Positions 12,913 through 27,127 of a DNA stretch of 64,000 bases are shown in pieces. The notes under the pieces were generated by a model. It did no database searches. It was not told the DNA's origin and worked only from the letters and a program-made list of their open reading frames with translations. A program made the position numbers and the translations under genes. Numbering within the stretch: position 1 is the first letter of the stretch; every line of letters begins with the position of its first letter. This stretch comes from Octopus vulgaris (taxonomy: Eukaryota): positions 69,316,001 through 69,380,000 of the forward strand of contig OX597815.1 in assembly GCA_951406725.2 (NCBI GenBank), in the 5' to 3' direction.

Positions 12913-14274
12913 ATGTGAGAGTTTGTATAATTCTGAGTGGTCTAGGATAAATGAGAATCAAACACTATTTACATATTTTAGTATACTCATAGTATCTTTA
13001 ATTTATAGCAATAAACAAAAATGTCTCAATTCTCATTTTGCTTATTAAAACATCTTTGGTTTGGAGATCTTTCAGTAGTCTAAAAATCAGTATTTTTTTT
13101 TAATAAAGTAGCTTGCATTTCCAACCTCAGCCATGAAAGGTTCTTTAAATGAGATCTTATGAATAAATTCTTAACTATATATAAAAGAAAAAAAAAATCA
13201 TCATTACACTTGAAGGTAAACTATCTCATTGAAATATAGTTTAGAGAAATATTTATCACATTAAATCCCTATTAGATACAGCAGTTACAGGTCGATATCA
13301 CAACAAGGTCATAGGATCTTTTGTGCATGAAACATTTGTTCTAATTTTACTAAAAAATTCTACACAGATGTAGTTTTACTGGACACTTACAAAAAAACCA
13401 AAACCATTTCTGGGAAAAATTAATAATAATCAAATTACAAACCTTTCAAAATTGAACTATTTTTGAAATTTTAGCCAATCAGATCAATACATTCTCTCCA
13501 GGTTGTGTTGATATTAAGGAAAGTGCTATTTTTTTTTGGTTTAGTCACCCTAAACCTATGATAGTTTCAATAGGTTGCTATGGCAATAACAATTGTGATT
13601 GTCTGCTGGACGGGATGTCAAGAATAAATAAACTTAAATGGTTGAAGATACAAGAAATTTCTCTTTTGAAACCAACCCATCTGAGATTGCCCCTGGTTCT
13701 TTGATCTTTATTTTAAAGTATACTAAATCAAAACATATCAAGTTTCATGTTAATTTATGTTCTAAAACACCAGCCTATTAATGACATAGATATTTTACTA
13801 AGTTTGTCATTATTTTCAGAATTAATTTGAAAAACAAAGTGTATTTCAACAAAAGAGTTGAAGTGAGCTAAACTAAAACATCAACATTTCATGTTAATTT
13901 ATGTTCCAAAACACCAGCTAAATAATGGCAAGATTATTTTGACTAAATTCTTTGTTATTTTTCAAAATTAAATGAAACAAAGGCAATGAATTTCAAAAAG
14001 AATTTGATGGCAGAAGGGTTAAAGACTCATTATTATTTTTATTTTTTCCAAAACATATTGTTATTTTTTAACTTGGCATGGAAAACTACATTTGTGTAGA
14101 AATCTTTGATAAAATCAGAACAAATGTCAAACTAGAAAAAGCTATGATCAACATAAAAGGAAAAAAAGAAAAGAAAAGGAAATGATTGAATAGACATTAA
14201 TTTTAACATGAATAAAAGAAAGTTGAGAAGCTGCAAGTTCAACAATAATGTGTAATTCTTGCATTACTGGAAAA

Positions 14275-14640
14275 TATGTTTTATCATTTACTTGTTTTAG
14301 CCATTGAACTATGGCCATGCTGGGGCACTGTCTTGAAAGGTTTAAGCCAAACAAATCAACCCCAGTACTTTTTTTTTAAAGCCTGGTACCTATTTGCCAA
14401 ACTGCAAAGTTATAGAAATGTAAGTAAACCAATACCAGATGTCAAGCAGTGGGAGTTAAACACAAAGACACATACATACACAACAGGCTTCCTCACAGTT
14501 TCTGTCTACTAAATTCACTCACAAGGGATAGATTGACCAGAAGCTATAGTAGAAGACACTTGCCTAAGGTGCATGCAGTGGGACTGAACTTGAAACTAAG
14601 TGGCTGCAAAGTGAGCATTCATAATCATGTCTGTGCTTAT
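14275..14640 (-). mobile_element. Family A SINE, decayed
   Basis: Same head and tail as the consensus-like copies at 35613-36009 and 59641-60055. Confidence 0.75.
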
Positions 14641-17600
14641 GCATAAAATCCTCAAAACAAACTATTTCTTTGTTGAAGCAATAGTCTATAAGTCAAAAAT
14701 TGGAACTTGTCTAATTTTACTGTAGTACATTTTGTCCAAGGTGCTGTGCTGCAGGACTGAGTCGAACTTCTTAATCACAGAGCCGGGCCTGTATCAAACA
14801 CTAGTGTTTTGTTACAAACAAGTTTCCTATACCTCCAGTGTTAATTCTATATTCAATTAATATGCAGACCAAAGCATAACCATACATATTTAATCATTCT
14901 GAAAACTTCAGTCCTTTCAGCTGCTTGGAATAAGGATCAAGTTCAATAGGATTCACTGATCTCTCCTCCTTAAGATATTGAGTAATAGAGATTAAATATG
15001 AAACTAGCTAACTTTGGGAGAAAAAAAAAAAAATCACAGCAAATTTTGTTGTTCATAACTGTTAGATCACAGTCAATCTGCTTTGCATGTTAAGAACATC
15101 ACATTATTCCAATACATAACATACAAATTATCAGAAGTGTTGTGCCTATTTTTGTGTAACGAACAGTGAACTTGTCAATGTCTTGAAAATTTTTTAGTGG
15201 AGAAAGAAAGAAAAAACTTGAACCACCACAACGTCAACATCCAATACTTTTGTTTGAGTCATAAAACATCACCAACTATTGAATTGTGCTAGGGAAGAGA
15301 GAGAGAGAGAGAGAGGTGGGGGGGAAGGAGAGGGGAAATAAATCAAACTCCACTTTGGAAACTGTCTACTGTCTAGCAATTCCTGCCAGAGAAGAGCAGT
15401 ATACACAACAGAAGTGTATTGTGAACTGAACAAAGAAATTATTTATGAAGTCTAACAATATCATCACAATGAACTACACATGTTCATAGAATTAAATTTG
15501 GAAGAAAAATAGCATTTACTGAAATATTCGTTACAAAGCAATGGACCAAAAAATTAAAGGTGCTAAAGATACCAAGGCACCAGTGTAGCTAAGGAGTTTA
15601 CCAACCATGTGGTCTTGGGGTTAGTCCCATTGCATGGCAACTTGGGCAAGTGCCTTTGACTATACCCTGAGGCCAACTGAAGGCTTGTGAATGGATTTAG
15701 TAGGCAGAAACTGAAAGAAGCCTACTGCACCTATGTATGTGTGTTGCATTTTACTGTTTTGATATCATGCAATGACATTGTAAATGAGCATCATTGTCAA
15801 TGTTGTTGGTTTCCAGTCTACCATGGAATAATATTACCATATCTGGAAATAGGTGAGGGTTGGTGACAGGAAGAGCATTTGGCCATTGAAAATCTGCCTC
15901 AACCAATTCTATTTCACCAATGCAAGTGTGGAAAAAGCAAACACTGAATGATGATGATGATTATAAATGTACCTGTATCACATCATGGAATACTGAAACC
16001 AATATCACTTTAAAAAAAAAAGTGACATGTTAGAGTTGGTGTGATTTATTGTCAAACAATATCCAGTAAATGGTTATGGATGGAAGCATTAAGATCTCAA
16101 TCTTATAACAAAGAATGTCAACAATTCTACAAATGGTAAAAAAAACAAATAAATAAAAGCACGCACACACACAAGAAGAAAACTCATTAAAATCTCTTTG
16201 AAATAAATCTTATCTAATTAATTTTGCAAGCAATTCATCTGCATTACTCTATTCATCCAACCATAGTATTTACCTTGCCATCAGGGGATGAGACAACTAG
16301 TTAACAAGACCCAGATAAGGCCATTTGGCAAATACTAAATTCCAGATTTAACAAGGCACTATTGCTATAAACAGCTTTTAAAAGAATGCAATTCTAAGGT
16401 GATGGTGTGGGTATGTGTGTGTGTATGTAGGGGCTGGCAAATGAGCATGTTGAACTATTCACCAAGCTAATGTTATTTATGAATCACAATCTCTAACACA
16501 ACCAACCATATCTCGCTGCACCAGTGTGTCGCCTCCTGATAATAAAAAACTAAAATGTTGAAAAAGAAAGATAAACAAACATCACTACCATCGCTTTAAT
16601 GTCCACTTTTCAAAGCTTGCATGGGTCAGACAAAGTTTATTGAGGCAAATTTTCTATAACCAGCTACCGTTTCTATTGTCAACCTTCACCTGTTTGTAAG
16701 TAAGATATTTCCTCATGATCAGACATATTCTTACAGAATACTGGAAATTAATGGCACTGCTTGTATGACACATATTTACAACAGTTACACAATGTTAAGA
16801 CAAAAGGAGACAAACAGACACACATACATGTATGTATACACACACAATGGGCATCTTTCAGTTTGTCTACCAAATCCACTCACAAGGCTACAGCTGGTCC
16901 AGGGCTATAGTAGAAGACACTTGCTTAAGGAGTGCTGCACATTGGAACTGAAACCTGAAACAATGTGGATGGGAAGCAAACCTCTTAACAACATAGCTAC
17001 ACCTGTATATATACAAATACATAAATATTTAACTACACCTAATTTCATATCAAAGTAAAAATCTCACCTTCTTTATAAACCCTACTAACAATATCCTCAT
17101 CATTGTTTTAATGTTCACTTTTCCATGCTTGCATAGGTCAGACAAAACTTGTTGAGGTAAATGATCTGTTACCAATCCTCTAAGCAAGGTAATAATTTTT
17201 CTAGTTCTTTGGACATGAACAGCACAGTGGTTGAACAGAAGATTGCAAATGGACTACACTGCAAGTATGACAATGGTATCTGTTTACAACTAGCACATGA
17301 TGTCTTGATGAGAAAACATGATCACACACACACATATATATATATATATATGATTGGTTTCTTTCAATCAGATCCACTCACAAGGCTTTGGGCAGCCTGG
17401 CGCTAATGTAGAAGACACTTGTCTAAATTGCCAGTAGTAAAAAAGATTAAAACAATTAGCACCACCCCACAAATGGGGGTTGCAATATTACTACCATGTC
17501 ATGTAATCCAAGAAAATTATTGAAAAGATATACAGGATGCGATGGGTAAATTGTCGCTATTTTATATAGTTAATTTTGTACATGTGCAGTTTGTTTTTGA

Positions 17601-18488
17601 TTTTGTTGACTATACCGTAGGGTCAGTTGGGCACTGTCTATGAGAAAAACTGCACCATGACACAATTCACTCAACCAGAATTTTGGAAACGACATGCTGT
17701 ACTGCTTGGCATCCATGCTAGAAGCCTCAATATGAACAGATGGTGAATACAGAGAAAAACCATTGGCTTGCAGTATCCCCAAAACATGTACCAAGAGTGA
17801 TTAAAATCAAACACCCAGTCAATATCATGATGTTTGGAGTGATCACTAGTGATGGCGATGTTATACCGCCATTCATCTTCCCACACGGCCTCATACTTAA
17901 CATGGAGGCCTACATAAAGTGCCTGAGTGCTGCCCTGGGTCAAGAGGGTGGCTGCTGGAAGACCCTATGTCAGGTAAAAGGACTCTGCACCATACTACAC
18001 AAGGAGCAGAACCCAGTTATGTTTGTCAGACAATTGTTACATGTGGGGCGCAGTTAAGTGAGAGACCAACAAAACTCCTTGTAAAAACCAAAGATGAACC
18101 GAAGGCAAGGATTATGCAGCATTCACCAACTTAAACAAGGAGACTGCCCAGAAGAGTTGCAGGAGATTCCGAAGTCATCTGGAGGCCATGGTTGAAGCCA
18201 ATGGTGATTTTATTGAATAAATTTACTCTTTAGTATTCCAAGATATTTTAATGTAATTTTGGTATATATATAAACACAGGAGTGGCTGTGTAGTAAGAAG
18301 CTTGTTTCTTCACCACATGGTTCCAAGTTCAGTCCCACTGTGTGGCACCTTGGGTAAGTGTTTTCTACTATAACCTCGGCCTGACCAAAGCCTTGTGAGT
18401 GGATTTGGTAGATAGAAACTGAAGTACACACACACATATATATATATATATAGGTGAGAAAGTTGGTGTGTGAAAGCACGTGGTTGAA

Positions 18489-18847
18489 TATATAGAATGT
18501 AGTAAAAAGTGAAAAAACTACAGAAGGCTTGTTTTAAAAGGTTAAAAAATATATTTGAGTCATTATGTCAGAAGAATGTTATAAAATTTTTTCATACAGT
18601 GACATAGTTTTAAAAAATATCGAAGCGAACGCCGGCAGAGCGCCAGTCGGCATCGTTCACGGTTGGAACTACGACGGTATCTGATCGTCTTCGAACCTCC
18701 AACTTTCACTTCGATATTTCTTCAAAAACTATGTCACTGTATGAAAAAATTTTATAACATTCTTCTGACATAATGACTCAAATATATTTTTTAACCTTTT
18801 AAAACAAGCCTTCTGTAGTTTTTTCACTTCTTACTATTTTCTATATA
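18489..18847. repeat. Long inverted repeat (~140-bp arms) enclosing an 18S rRNA fragment
   Basis: agtgaaaaaactacagaaggcttgttttaaaaggttaaaaaatatatttgagtcattatgtcagaagaatgttataaaattttttcatacagtgacatagtttt is mirrored at 18724-18830. Confidence 0.95.
18619..18707 (-). pseudogene. 18S rRNA fragment, copy 2 (hairpin loop)
   Basis: Same SSU segment as 12410-12498 with two CpG-type substitutions. Confidence 0.92.
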
Positions 18848-21800
18848 TATATATATATAATGATGATCCGGTTTCTGACTGAAGATTAAAGGCTTCGAAT
18901 GACCCGTCTGTTTTCTGTGTTCGTCCCTTTGTGTATTTCACGTTCTTGTTTCTTTATATATAAATTTTATTCCTCTCTCTCTGTCTGTCTGTGTGTGTGT
19001 TTGTCTCCCAACTGTCACTTGACAACACAGTGTGTTTACGTCCTCATAACTCAGCAGTTCAGCAAAAGAGACCGATAGAATAAGTATTAGGCTTACAAAG
19101 AATAAGTCCTGGGGGAGGGAGGCGATTTGTTTGACCAAAGGTGGTGCCCCAGCATGGCTAGTGTAATGACTGAAACCAGTAGAAAAAAAACTGTTGAAAT
19201 GAGATGTCAGTGTTATTTTCATTTTTGCATAATTTAGGCAACAGTTTATTCACTGCATCCTGTATATATATATGTATGTATGTATGTGTGTGTGTGTGTG
19301 CGGGAGAGATTAGCTTCTTTCAGTATCAATCAACAAAATTCTCTCACAAGGGTCTGGTAGAAGACACTTACTCAAGGTGCCAGCAGGGGGACTGAACTGG
19401 AATCCACAAGGTTGGGAAGCAAACTTCTCAACCACATAGCCATGCCTGCACATATCCTAAGTAATATATTACACAATGAATTTATGGTATTCTAATTAAT
19501 TTCAAGGGAAATTGTGTCAAAATGGGATGGAATATTATATAATTTCTTCTAACCATAAATTTATATCTTATTTTCACTGGGTGGGAGTGGGATACAGTCA
19601 CTGAAATAACCTTGATATTTTAAACTGTACATAAAGATGAGAGGCTAAAAATCTACTCAGGTTAGGTTTTAATTCAGAAGATAAAAGACAAAACTGTAAT
19701 GTACTCAGTTCAGTGTTCTACTTCTCCAAGGTCTTTATATTATATCTACAGTAAAACCACTATCATTTCATTTGTTAAATCGTATTCTCTAACAAGGATA
19801 AAAATCAATAAAAGATTAATAATTCATTTTTCACGTATTCATGTTAGTTTTCTAGATCATTCAAAGGAAGAATACAAATAGCAAACTCTACTACTACAGG
19901 TAGTTACATAATTATAGGTACTATGTAAGACAATACAGAACTGAATCTTACCAAGAAATCTTAAAACCAATTAACCCTTTTGTTAGCATATTTCTGTTGA
20001 AAGACACTATTTCAATTAATTGTGAAAATAAGGGAAGACTATAATATAAAATAACCTTGCTGTTACTAAGCTATGTTTGGAACATAATTTAACATGAAAT
20101 TTTAATTTAAATCACATTTAAAACAGGAAATTTGCATTACAGAATTGAGGGTGGTCTCAGGCAGATTGGTATCAAAAGGGTAAAGCTGAGATTATTTCAG
20201 TTTTAGTTTATATATCATGAGATGAAGGCTTAGAGAACTTATGCTGAAAAGCAAACACTATTACAAAATTGAGAATGTCAACATGACCCATTTCAGTGAA
20301 AGCTTGTCAAATTAAATTCTTGGTACTGTGTCGACATCATTCAAAACATAACACATCAAAAAGATTCCTTTTGTTTTTTGTTAATATCACAATCAAAACA
20401 AAGGAAATATTCCAAAACTTCAAACAGCTATCTATGTATCATATTTAACATATATACACTGTTGACAGGCAAGATACTGCAGTTTTCATCAGAGATAAAA
20501 TCTCTTAAAAACATGCTGTATCCAAAAACTATATATATCAGAGGGAGATAACTTATATAGCCTTTTTAAGGCTGGTACTTGCTTCTACAGTTTTTAACTA
20601 TCAAATTTACTTACAAGGCATTGATTGGCCCAAGTTGCTGTGCAGTGAAACTGAACCTGAAACCATGTGGTTGCAAATTGAGCTTCTTAACCATACAATA
20701 CAGTCATGCCTGCAATATTATTTTTTTTAACACAGCACGTCTATCAGAGACTTTATCTCCGACAAAAACCATAGTAATAAAAGGAAACCAAGGAAATAAA
20801 AAAATGCCTAATGACCTTTACCTAACAGAACTAGTACTGAAAATCAGTCAAATAATCTTCTAATTGTAAAAATGTGTTGGCTGGTACTTTATCTTAGCCC
20901 CCAAAAGGATTAAAGGCAAAGTTGACCTCAGTGGGATTGAACTCAAGAAGAAATGCTTGCCACCTTACTGTTAATAAAAAGAATAAACAAGAATTTCTAA
21001 TTTTGGCACAAGTCCATGCATTTATAGGAAAGGAGAAAAGCAGCTGGTATTATTATTTTATTTACTTCAGAGATATGAAAGGCAAAGTTGACTGTGGTAA
21101 GATTTGAATGCAAAGCACAGAATTGAAACCAAATGTTGTAAGGCATTTAGTCTAACACTATATCATCTCTGTCAATCAACCACCTTTTAATTATAGTAAT
21201 AAATGAAAACATTCTAAACTTCTCGCTGAAAAGAAGGAAAACTATGTCAAACAAGTGATTATTTAAAATTTTTTTTGTATGTTTATATCATGTTTTTTTT
21301 TTCATTTAATTTTCAAGCATAAAAAATCCAAAAAACCCTAAGTTTTCCATTCACCCATATATTATTTTATCATTCCACTGAAGGCATAGCAGTGTGGTAA
21401 GAAGTTTGTCTCCTTAACCACAAGGTTTTGAGTTCAGTCCACTGCTTGGCACCTTCAAATGCCTTCTATTTTATAGCCTTGAGCCAAAGTTTTATAAGTG
21501 GAATTGATGTATGTGTGTGCTACTGTCTCCTTGCCTTGATACCGTGTGATAGTTGTGAGAGTCACCATCATGCAAGCAGTGTCCTTCATTTTCTAATCTT
21601 TCATGTAAACCTGTTAGCAAACAGGTGATGGTTGGCAACAAGAAAGGCATCTGAATGTAGAAAATCTGCCTCAACAAATTCCATCTGACCCATGCAAGCA
21701 TGGAAAAGTGGACATTAGATGATGATGATGTAATAAAAAAAATCCCAACTCTACCAGTTTCCCTATCCATGTATTCATTATATTATTACCATTCCATTGA

Positions 21801-23192
21801 ACATAAATGATTGATTTTATACAGCAGCTGAAATGCTATAAAAAGAACTGAACAAATAACTCACTATTGAATAATACTATAAACAATAAAACACTTTAAA
21901 TTAAAATTATATTATTACACAACCTTTAGAAATTGAATGCTAAAATGGAGATACTATATTGAAACATAACCATAACCTCAAAGGCAATGTTGACACGGAT
22001 ATATACACTTTCAATATTTAGAGTAATTTATTGATAAATTATTTGGAATAGATCAAAAATTCAGTTGTGATGATGCTTTTCAGGAATTGATTAAATCATT
22101 TAGATATTTCCTAGATTTAACTTGGTTTCAAATAAGATATTCATTTATCTAAACTTTATCCAAAATTAGAATAACTGTATTTTAGCTGATGCTAGCAGTC
22201 CATCAAAAGGTTTAAAACAGATTACATAATACTGCCATTTTAATCAATTTTTCTTTTATTGAAATTATTTAATATTTAAATATGATTTATCTTGCTACTA
22301 CATACATGACATGAATAACAATAATTCAACTGAAACAATAGCTTATGCTTATTTGAGAGAGTTTAGCATAGACAAAATGCTTAGTGGCATTTCTTTTGGC
22401 TCTTTACATTCTCAGTTCAAATTCTGCCAAGGTCTTCTTTGTCTGTCATCTCTTTGAGGTAAATTAAATAAAGTATCAGTCAAGAATAACTTGCCCCTTC
22501 CCCTCAAAATTGCTGGCTTTGAACCTTGCAAGGGACTGGCATCCCATTCAGAGAGAAAAGTTGTGACACTGGTCACTCGTATGCCTTGAAAACTGGCCAT
22601 TTGAGTCCTAAGGCTTTTAGGGGAAGAAAACATTGAAGGGATCTAACAAACATATTTTTATTTTTTTGTTTTTGTAGTTGTCAATACAAACAAAGAACAG
22701 TTATACACAAATTTAGCTGTATAGGTTTTCAGTCACATGCATAAAACACTTGCTTCCTGGTCAGCAATGGATTTCAAGCTGCTTATGTTAAAAAAGATAC
22801 TTTACCTTTCATACAAATGTAAGTTCAAAGAAGGTCAGAAAGCTTTTATTAGTTGCCATGCAGTGAGATGCAAACAGAAAAAGTCACAGAGGAAAAAAAG
22901 TCTATTTTCTTGTTTGTGTTGAAATGAGCATCATATCCTAATCAATGACTCATCATTGAATATGTATTATTATAGTATGAAATCTGGAACACCAATACTG
23001 AAGGTAAGCAAGAGTGTTTTGTTTAACTAATTTCCTTATATTTTTTCAATGGGAATTTCACAAGATTACTATCAGCTCTTTACCATACATATCAATATAT
23101 ATTCATACACACATATACATATATAGCTATGTATATGTGTGTGTGTGCATACGCATGCATATCTACACACATACATACATGTATATATACAT

Positions 23193-23950
23193 CAGCGGCG
23201 ACTCCAGCATACAGGCTGTCTGGGCTTAGCCCAAGTATAAATTTAGTAAAGTGAACATGTATTTGGAAGCAGATTTAATTTCTGCCAACACTGACTTGTA
23301 ATTTCAGCCAATAATTTGGGCTCCTTTTATTGAACCTGGTGGCAGTTTATTTATTTTCATTCTGTGTCTGGTGGTCATCTTAGAGGTGCCCTGTGTCAAA
23401 AAATATCATTTGTTGCAGACATTCTCTCAACATCGTTCACACATGCCTGACTCGGGCTCAGGAGTTACAGCTCGAGTTGTTATCTATAATCGTAAAAATT
23501 AAAAGTAATTCAAATTCACTGTTTTCTGGAAACAATAAATTTCTATAGAAATTAGGATTTAAATTCCAATCTATGAAAAATTTCCTTTCTACAATATCCT
23601 TAAAGGAATGAAAAATATCCAGCAACTCAAGCTAATATGAACGAGCCAGGTAGGTGTAAAAGACTAACTGTCATATCTTGTCAAGAGTACAGGCGACAGA
23701 TCACTGATGTTTGTTGTTATTTGATTGCTGTTATTTGTGCGTTTGGGTGTAAAGATCAGATGTGTTTTGCAGGGTTGCTTATTTTTACTCTTAACATATA
23801 AGTGGAGAAAGACATAGTGCTAGATATAAAAAATAAGCCATTTGAGGCAAGAAATATTGCAGAAAAACGTGAAATACTTCGAGCAGAAATGTATCTTATG
23901 CGAAATCTGTGATGAGCTCAAGTGATGCTGATGACCTGGAGTCGCCTCTG
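23193..23950. mobile_element. Non-autonomous hAT-like DNA transposon
   Basis: TIRs CAGCGGCGACTCCAG and (revcomp) CAGAGGCGACTCCAG; near-identical 8-bp flanks ATATACAT/ATATATAT. Confidence 0.7.
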
Positions 23951-24144
23951 ATATATATATATACACACACACACAGAGTATGTATAAAAAATTCCATCTA
24001 ATGACGCAACGTAATAGGTATGTACAGTAAGTGCTCAGTTTGATTTACCACAACTCTGACTTGAACTGCAATTAAAACAAAGGTGGTGTTGTAGCTGCCT
24101 AACCAAGAATGGTTATTGGTAATTATCATTGAACAAGTAGACAT

Positions 24145-24762
24145 ATAGAAGAAAGAACAAACAAGTAAAATGTGGTATCACTTTACAGTATGTAATTTAT
24201 AATTCAAACATAATTGTACAGTAGTTAGAGTAAATAAGGGATTAAGAAATAATGCATAAAGTCTCTTACAGCTGTTTCTAGAATAGCTGTGCATACGGTG
24301 TATATGTGATTTAGCATTCAAATCATTTCATTAAAAATAATGCTTATTTATTCACATTGTTTTGAATAAATTGTGCATTATTTTGTAGCTTTGAGATTTT
24401 CATGATTGATTGATTGATTGATTGATTTTCATGAGTTAACTTAATTTTTAGAATGATACTGTAGGGTTGTTGTAAGGGGCCAGTTTGAATGCTAAAGGAT
24501 GGAACTGGTAACTACAAATATTGTTTATTAAGGATATTCCTTAATTCTTCTTCTCTGAAGATAGGTCAGTTGACTTATATGGAAATCTTTGCTCAATGAC
24601 CTATACACTATATGGACAGCTATTCTAGAAACAGCTGTAACAGACTTTATACATTATTTTTTAATCCCTTGTTTACTCTAAGTACTCTGCAATTATGTTT
24701 GAGTTATAAATTAGATACTCTGAATTGATACCACATTTTGCTTGTTCATTCTTTCTTTCTAA
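24145..24762. mobile_element. Diverged inverted repeat (~150-bp arms, ~320-bp spacer) of PLE-like termini with hammerhead-like core
   Basis: 24160-24295 mirrors 24610-24750. The + strand carries CTGAAGA (~24555) ... GAAAC-AGCT-GTA (~24628), giving the palindromic stem III ACAGCUGU. Confidence 0.6.
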
Positions 24763-24789
24763 GATATATATATATCTATACACACACAA

Positions 24790-25235
24790 ACACATATTCA
24801 AGCACTCCACTATCAGCTCACAAACCACAACTGGAATACACAGGACCAGTGGGTAGTACTATCCCAGAGTCAGAATCAATGTATAACCTGGGAACCCACA
24901 TGAGTAATATTGCAACATTCCATGTGCGTATTACCAGGATGGCAACACTGCAAGTGAGTATCTGGATGGACTCTAAAATCATCCAGAACAAAGAAAAAAA
25001 GATGCTATGCTACTTTTATTGAGAATGCTTGTTCTCACTTGTCCAGTCTAGCAATATGACATAAAGACCAACTTGGTGACTGGGAGAGGCTAAAGGAACT
25101 GAAGCTCTACTCCTTAGAGAAGGCATGAAAGATATGCAGTGATATACATATGGAAAATCCTGGAAGGTCTAGTTCCCATCTTTGGAACTGAAAGCTATAC
25201 CAACTACCAAACTGGACAGCACTGAGGCCAGTAAA
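24790..25235 (+). pseudogene. CR1-clade LINE ORF2 C-terminal relic
   Basis: YTGPVGSTIPESESMYNLGTHMS... and [13 protein letters not shown]...AVIYIWKILEGLVP; homologous to 36908-37321 and 54550-54960. Confidence 0.8.
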
Positions 25236-25237
25236 AG

Positions 25238-25276
<39 letters not shown>

Positions 25277-26324
25277 TATATATATACATATACACACGTG
25301 TGTAAATTTAGCAGTGTAAACAAGATAGAACTCAAAACATGAAGTCCTATATATATTTTTTTATTTGAGAATTTACAGTGACTCAAGAATCAAGAGCTTT
25401 GAGTAAAGCACTTACTGTGCACACACATATATTCCTGTAGGCCCATACATTCAAAATGTAATCTTACAATTTTAATTCCCAAAACACCATCGTACATTTT
25501 CATATTACTGTAGTGTTCTGTCACAAAACCTTTCTTCCTCCTCTTCTGTATTCTTGTTTTGGTGATAAGTACTATAGAGGCAATAGCTGTTCAACCACCC
25601 AGTCTATAACATTGCACCAGTGCACAGGGAGAGACTTTAGCAAACTGGCCTAGTCTTTGACAATGATGGGATTATTTTAAACAATACATGAAATTATGGA
25701 AATGGGACAATTACTTTCACACCTCATAAAAAAATTTGGACAACAGTGTTCCTAATATTAGTTATAAGGTACAGAAAAGACATCATTAATGTGAGAAAAA
25801 TTGTTAAATTTTTATGGGAAATGTTGAAGTAAAACATGTCCAGTTTCTATACATATAAATGGCACACACACACACACATATATGACCTGAAAAGAAATTC
25901 TATCAGAAGCTTTTTTCTTTTCCTCATCTGGTTTAGATATTTGCATATTAATTGTTGGAATGAATATTTTCACACTTGGATACCCATGTGAACAAGCAAC
26001 TTGTTGAATTTTATAAGTGTGTATGTATATATATATAAATATACACACACAGCAGATAGACTGAAAAAGCACTATACATCTCACCTAGGGGCATAATGTA
26101 ACTTCAGTTTGAATTGCAGTGACTTGAGTTAGGCAACAAAGACGATCTGCCATTGAGTAAAGATTACCTTTAACCACTTCTGTGGTTATTGGAATAACTT
26201 TTTGTTTCCAACAGTTCACAAGATCCATTCTGTAACTTGTGCTAAAACATTGCCAAAATATGAGTAAATGTAACAAGTGACTCAGAGTTGTTATGTTATA
26301 TAAATGTTTACATATATATTTTTT

Positions 26325-26765
26325 TTACTTGTTTCAGTCATTAGACCAACGGTTCTCAACCTTTTCACTACTAAGGACACCTTTTAATATGTCTATCCTT
26401 GTGTGTGTGTGTATATATATATATATTTGAAATTTTGAATTTAGTTCACGGACCTTCAGTACTGCCTTTGCGGACCACACGTTGGGAACTACTGTATTAG
26501 ACTGAGGCCATGCTGATGCACTGCCTTGAAGAATCTTTAGACGAATGAATCGACCCCAGTACTTATTCTGCTCTAGTCTCTTTTACGGGGACACAAACAC
26601 ACCATCACCGGATGTAAAGAGGTGGTAGGGAACAAACACAATATACGACGGGATTCTTTCAATTTCCATCTATTAAATCCACTTGTCCAAGGTGCCACGC
26701 AGTGGGACTGAACCCGGAACCATGTGGTTGGGAAGCAAACTTTTTTTTTATCACATAGCCACACT
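26325..26765 (-). mobile_element. Family A SINE containing a nested hAT MITE
   Basis: SINE head at 26640-26765; tail interrupted at 26347-26494. Confidence 0.8.
26347..26494. mobile_element. hAT-Charlie/MER5-like MITE
   Basis: Ends CAACGGTTCTCAAC and GTTGGGAACTACTG; 8-bp TSD CATTAGAC/TATTAGAC. Confidence 0.8.
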
Positions 26766-27127
26766 AGTCTTGGGAGCTCTTAAAATTTTATTTTCATATA
26801 TTTTTTATAAATTATTGACAAATTTTTCAGTACAAAAAAGGTAATATTAGGGCGATCGGATAAGAAAAAAAAAAACTGTACACCACTCCAAAACAAAAAC
26901 TGGAAATATTAGAAGCAGACCTATATTTTGCGCTGTAATAGGTTACAGCGACCTGATTTGGAACTGCTTCTTTTTCACTGCTAGAAAAGTACAAACCACC
27001 CTCAACTTCCCTCCAAAGAGAAAAACCCTAGATTTGCACCCTTTCTTGAGAAACCATAAACGTTGTTTGCATTACTAGAAACGTTAAGCAGTTTAGGATG
27101 GTAACAGTGAGATTTTACACAGCTTAC

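Larger units (their letters stand above)
18278..19190 (+). mobile_element. Family A SINE split by insertions in its internal microsatellite
   Basis: Head ggagtggctgtgtagtaagaagc at 18278-18425; tail gtttgtctcccaac...aatgactgaaacc at ~19000-19180. Confidence 0.85.
17533..19262 (+). mobile_element. Tc1/mariner (maT/DD37D-like) transposon relic with nested insertions
   Basis: TA-flanked TIRs CAGGATGCGATGGGTAAATTGTCGC and (revcomp) CAGGATGCAGTGAATAAACTGTTGC. Transposase remnant KHPVNIMMFGVITSDGDVIPPFIFPHGL.LN.EAYIKCL...WVKRVAAGRPYV...DSAP at ~17740-18200, frameshifted. Confidence 0.85.

Noticed and set aside
12410-18707. Functional rRNA gene or rDNA unit
   Set aside because: Only ~85 nt of 18S in each copy, with no flanking rDNA.
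26085-26276. 63-aa ORF as a host coding exon
   Set aside because: Splice-like signals exist, but there is no recognisable protein and a stop immediately before the donor; at most a UTR exon.
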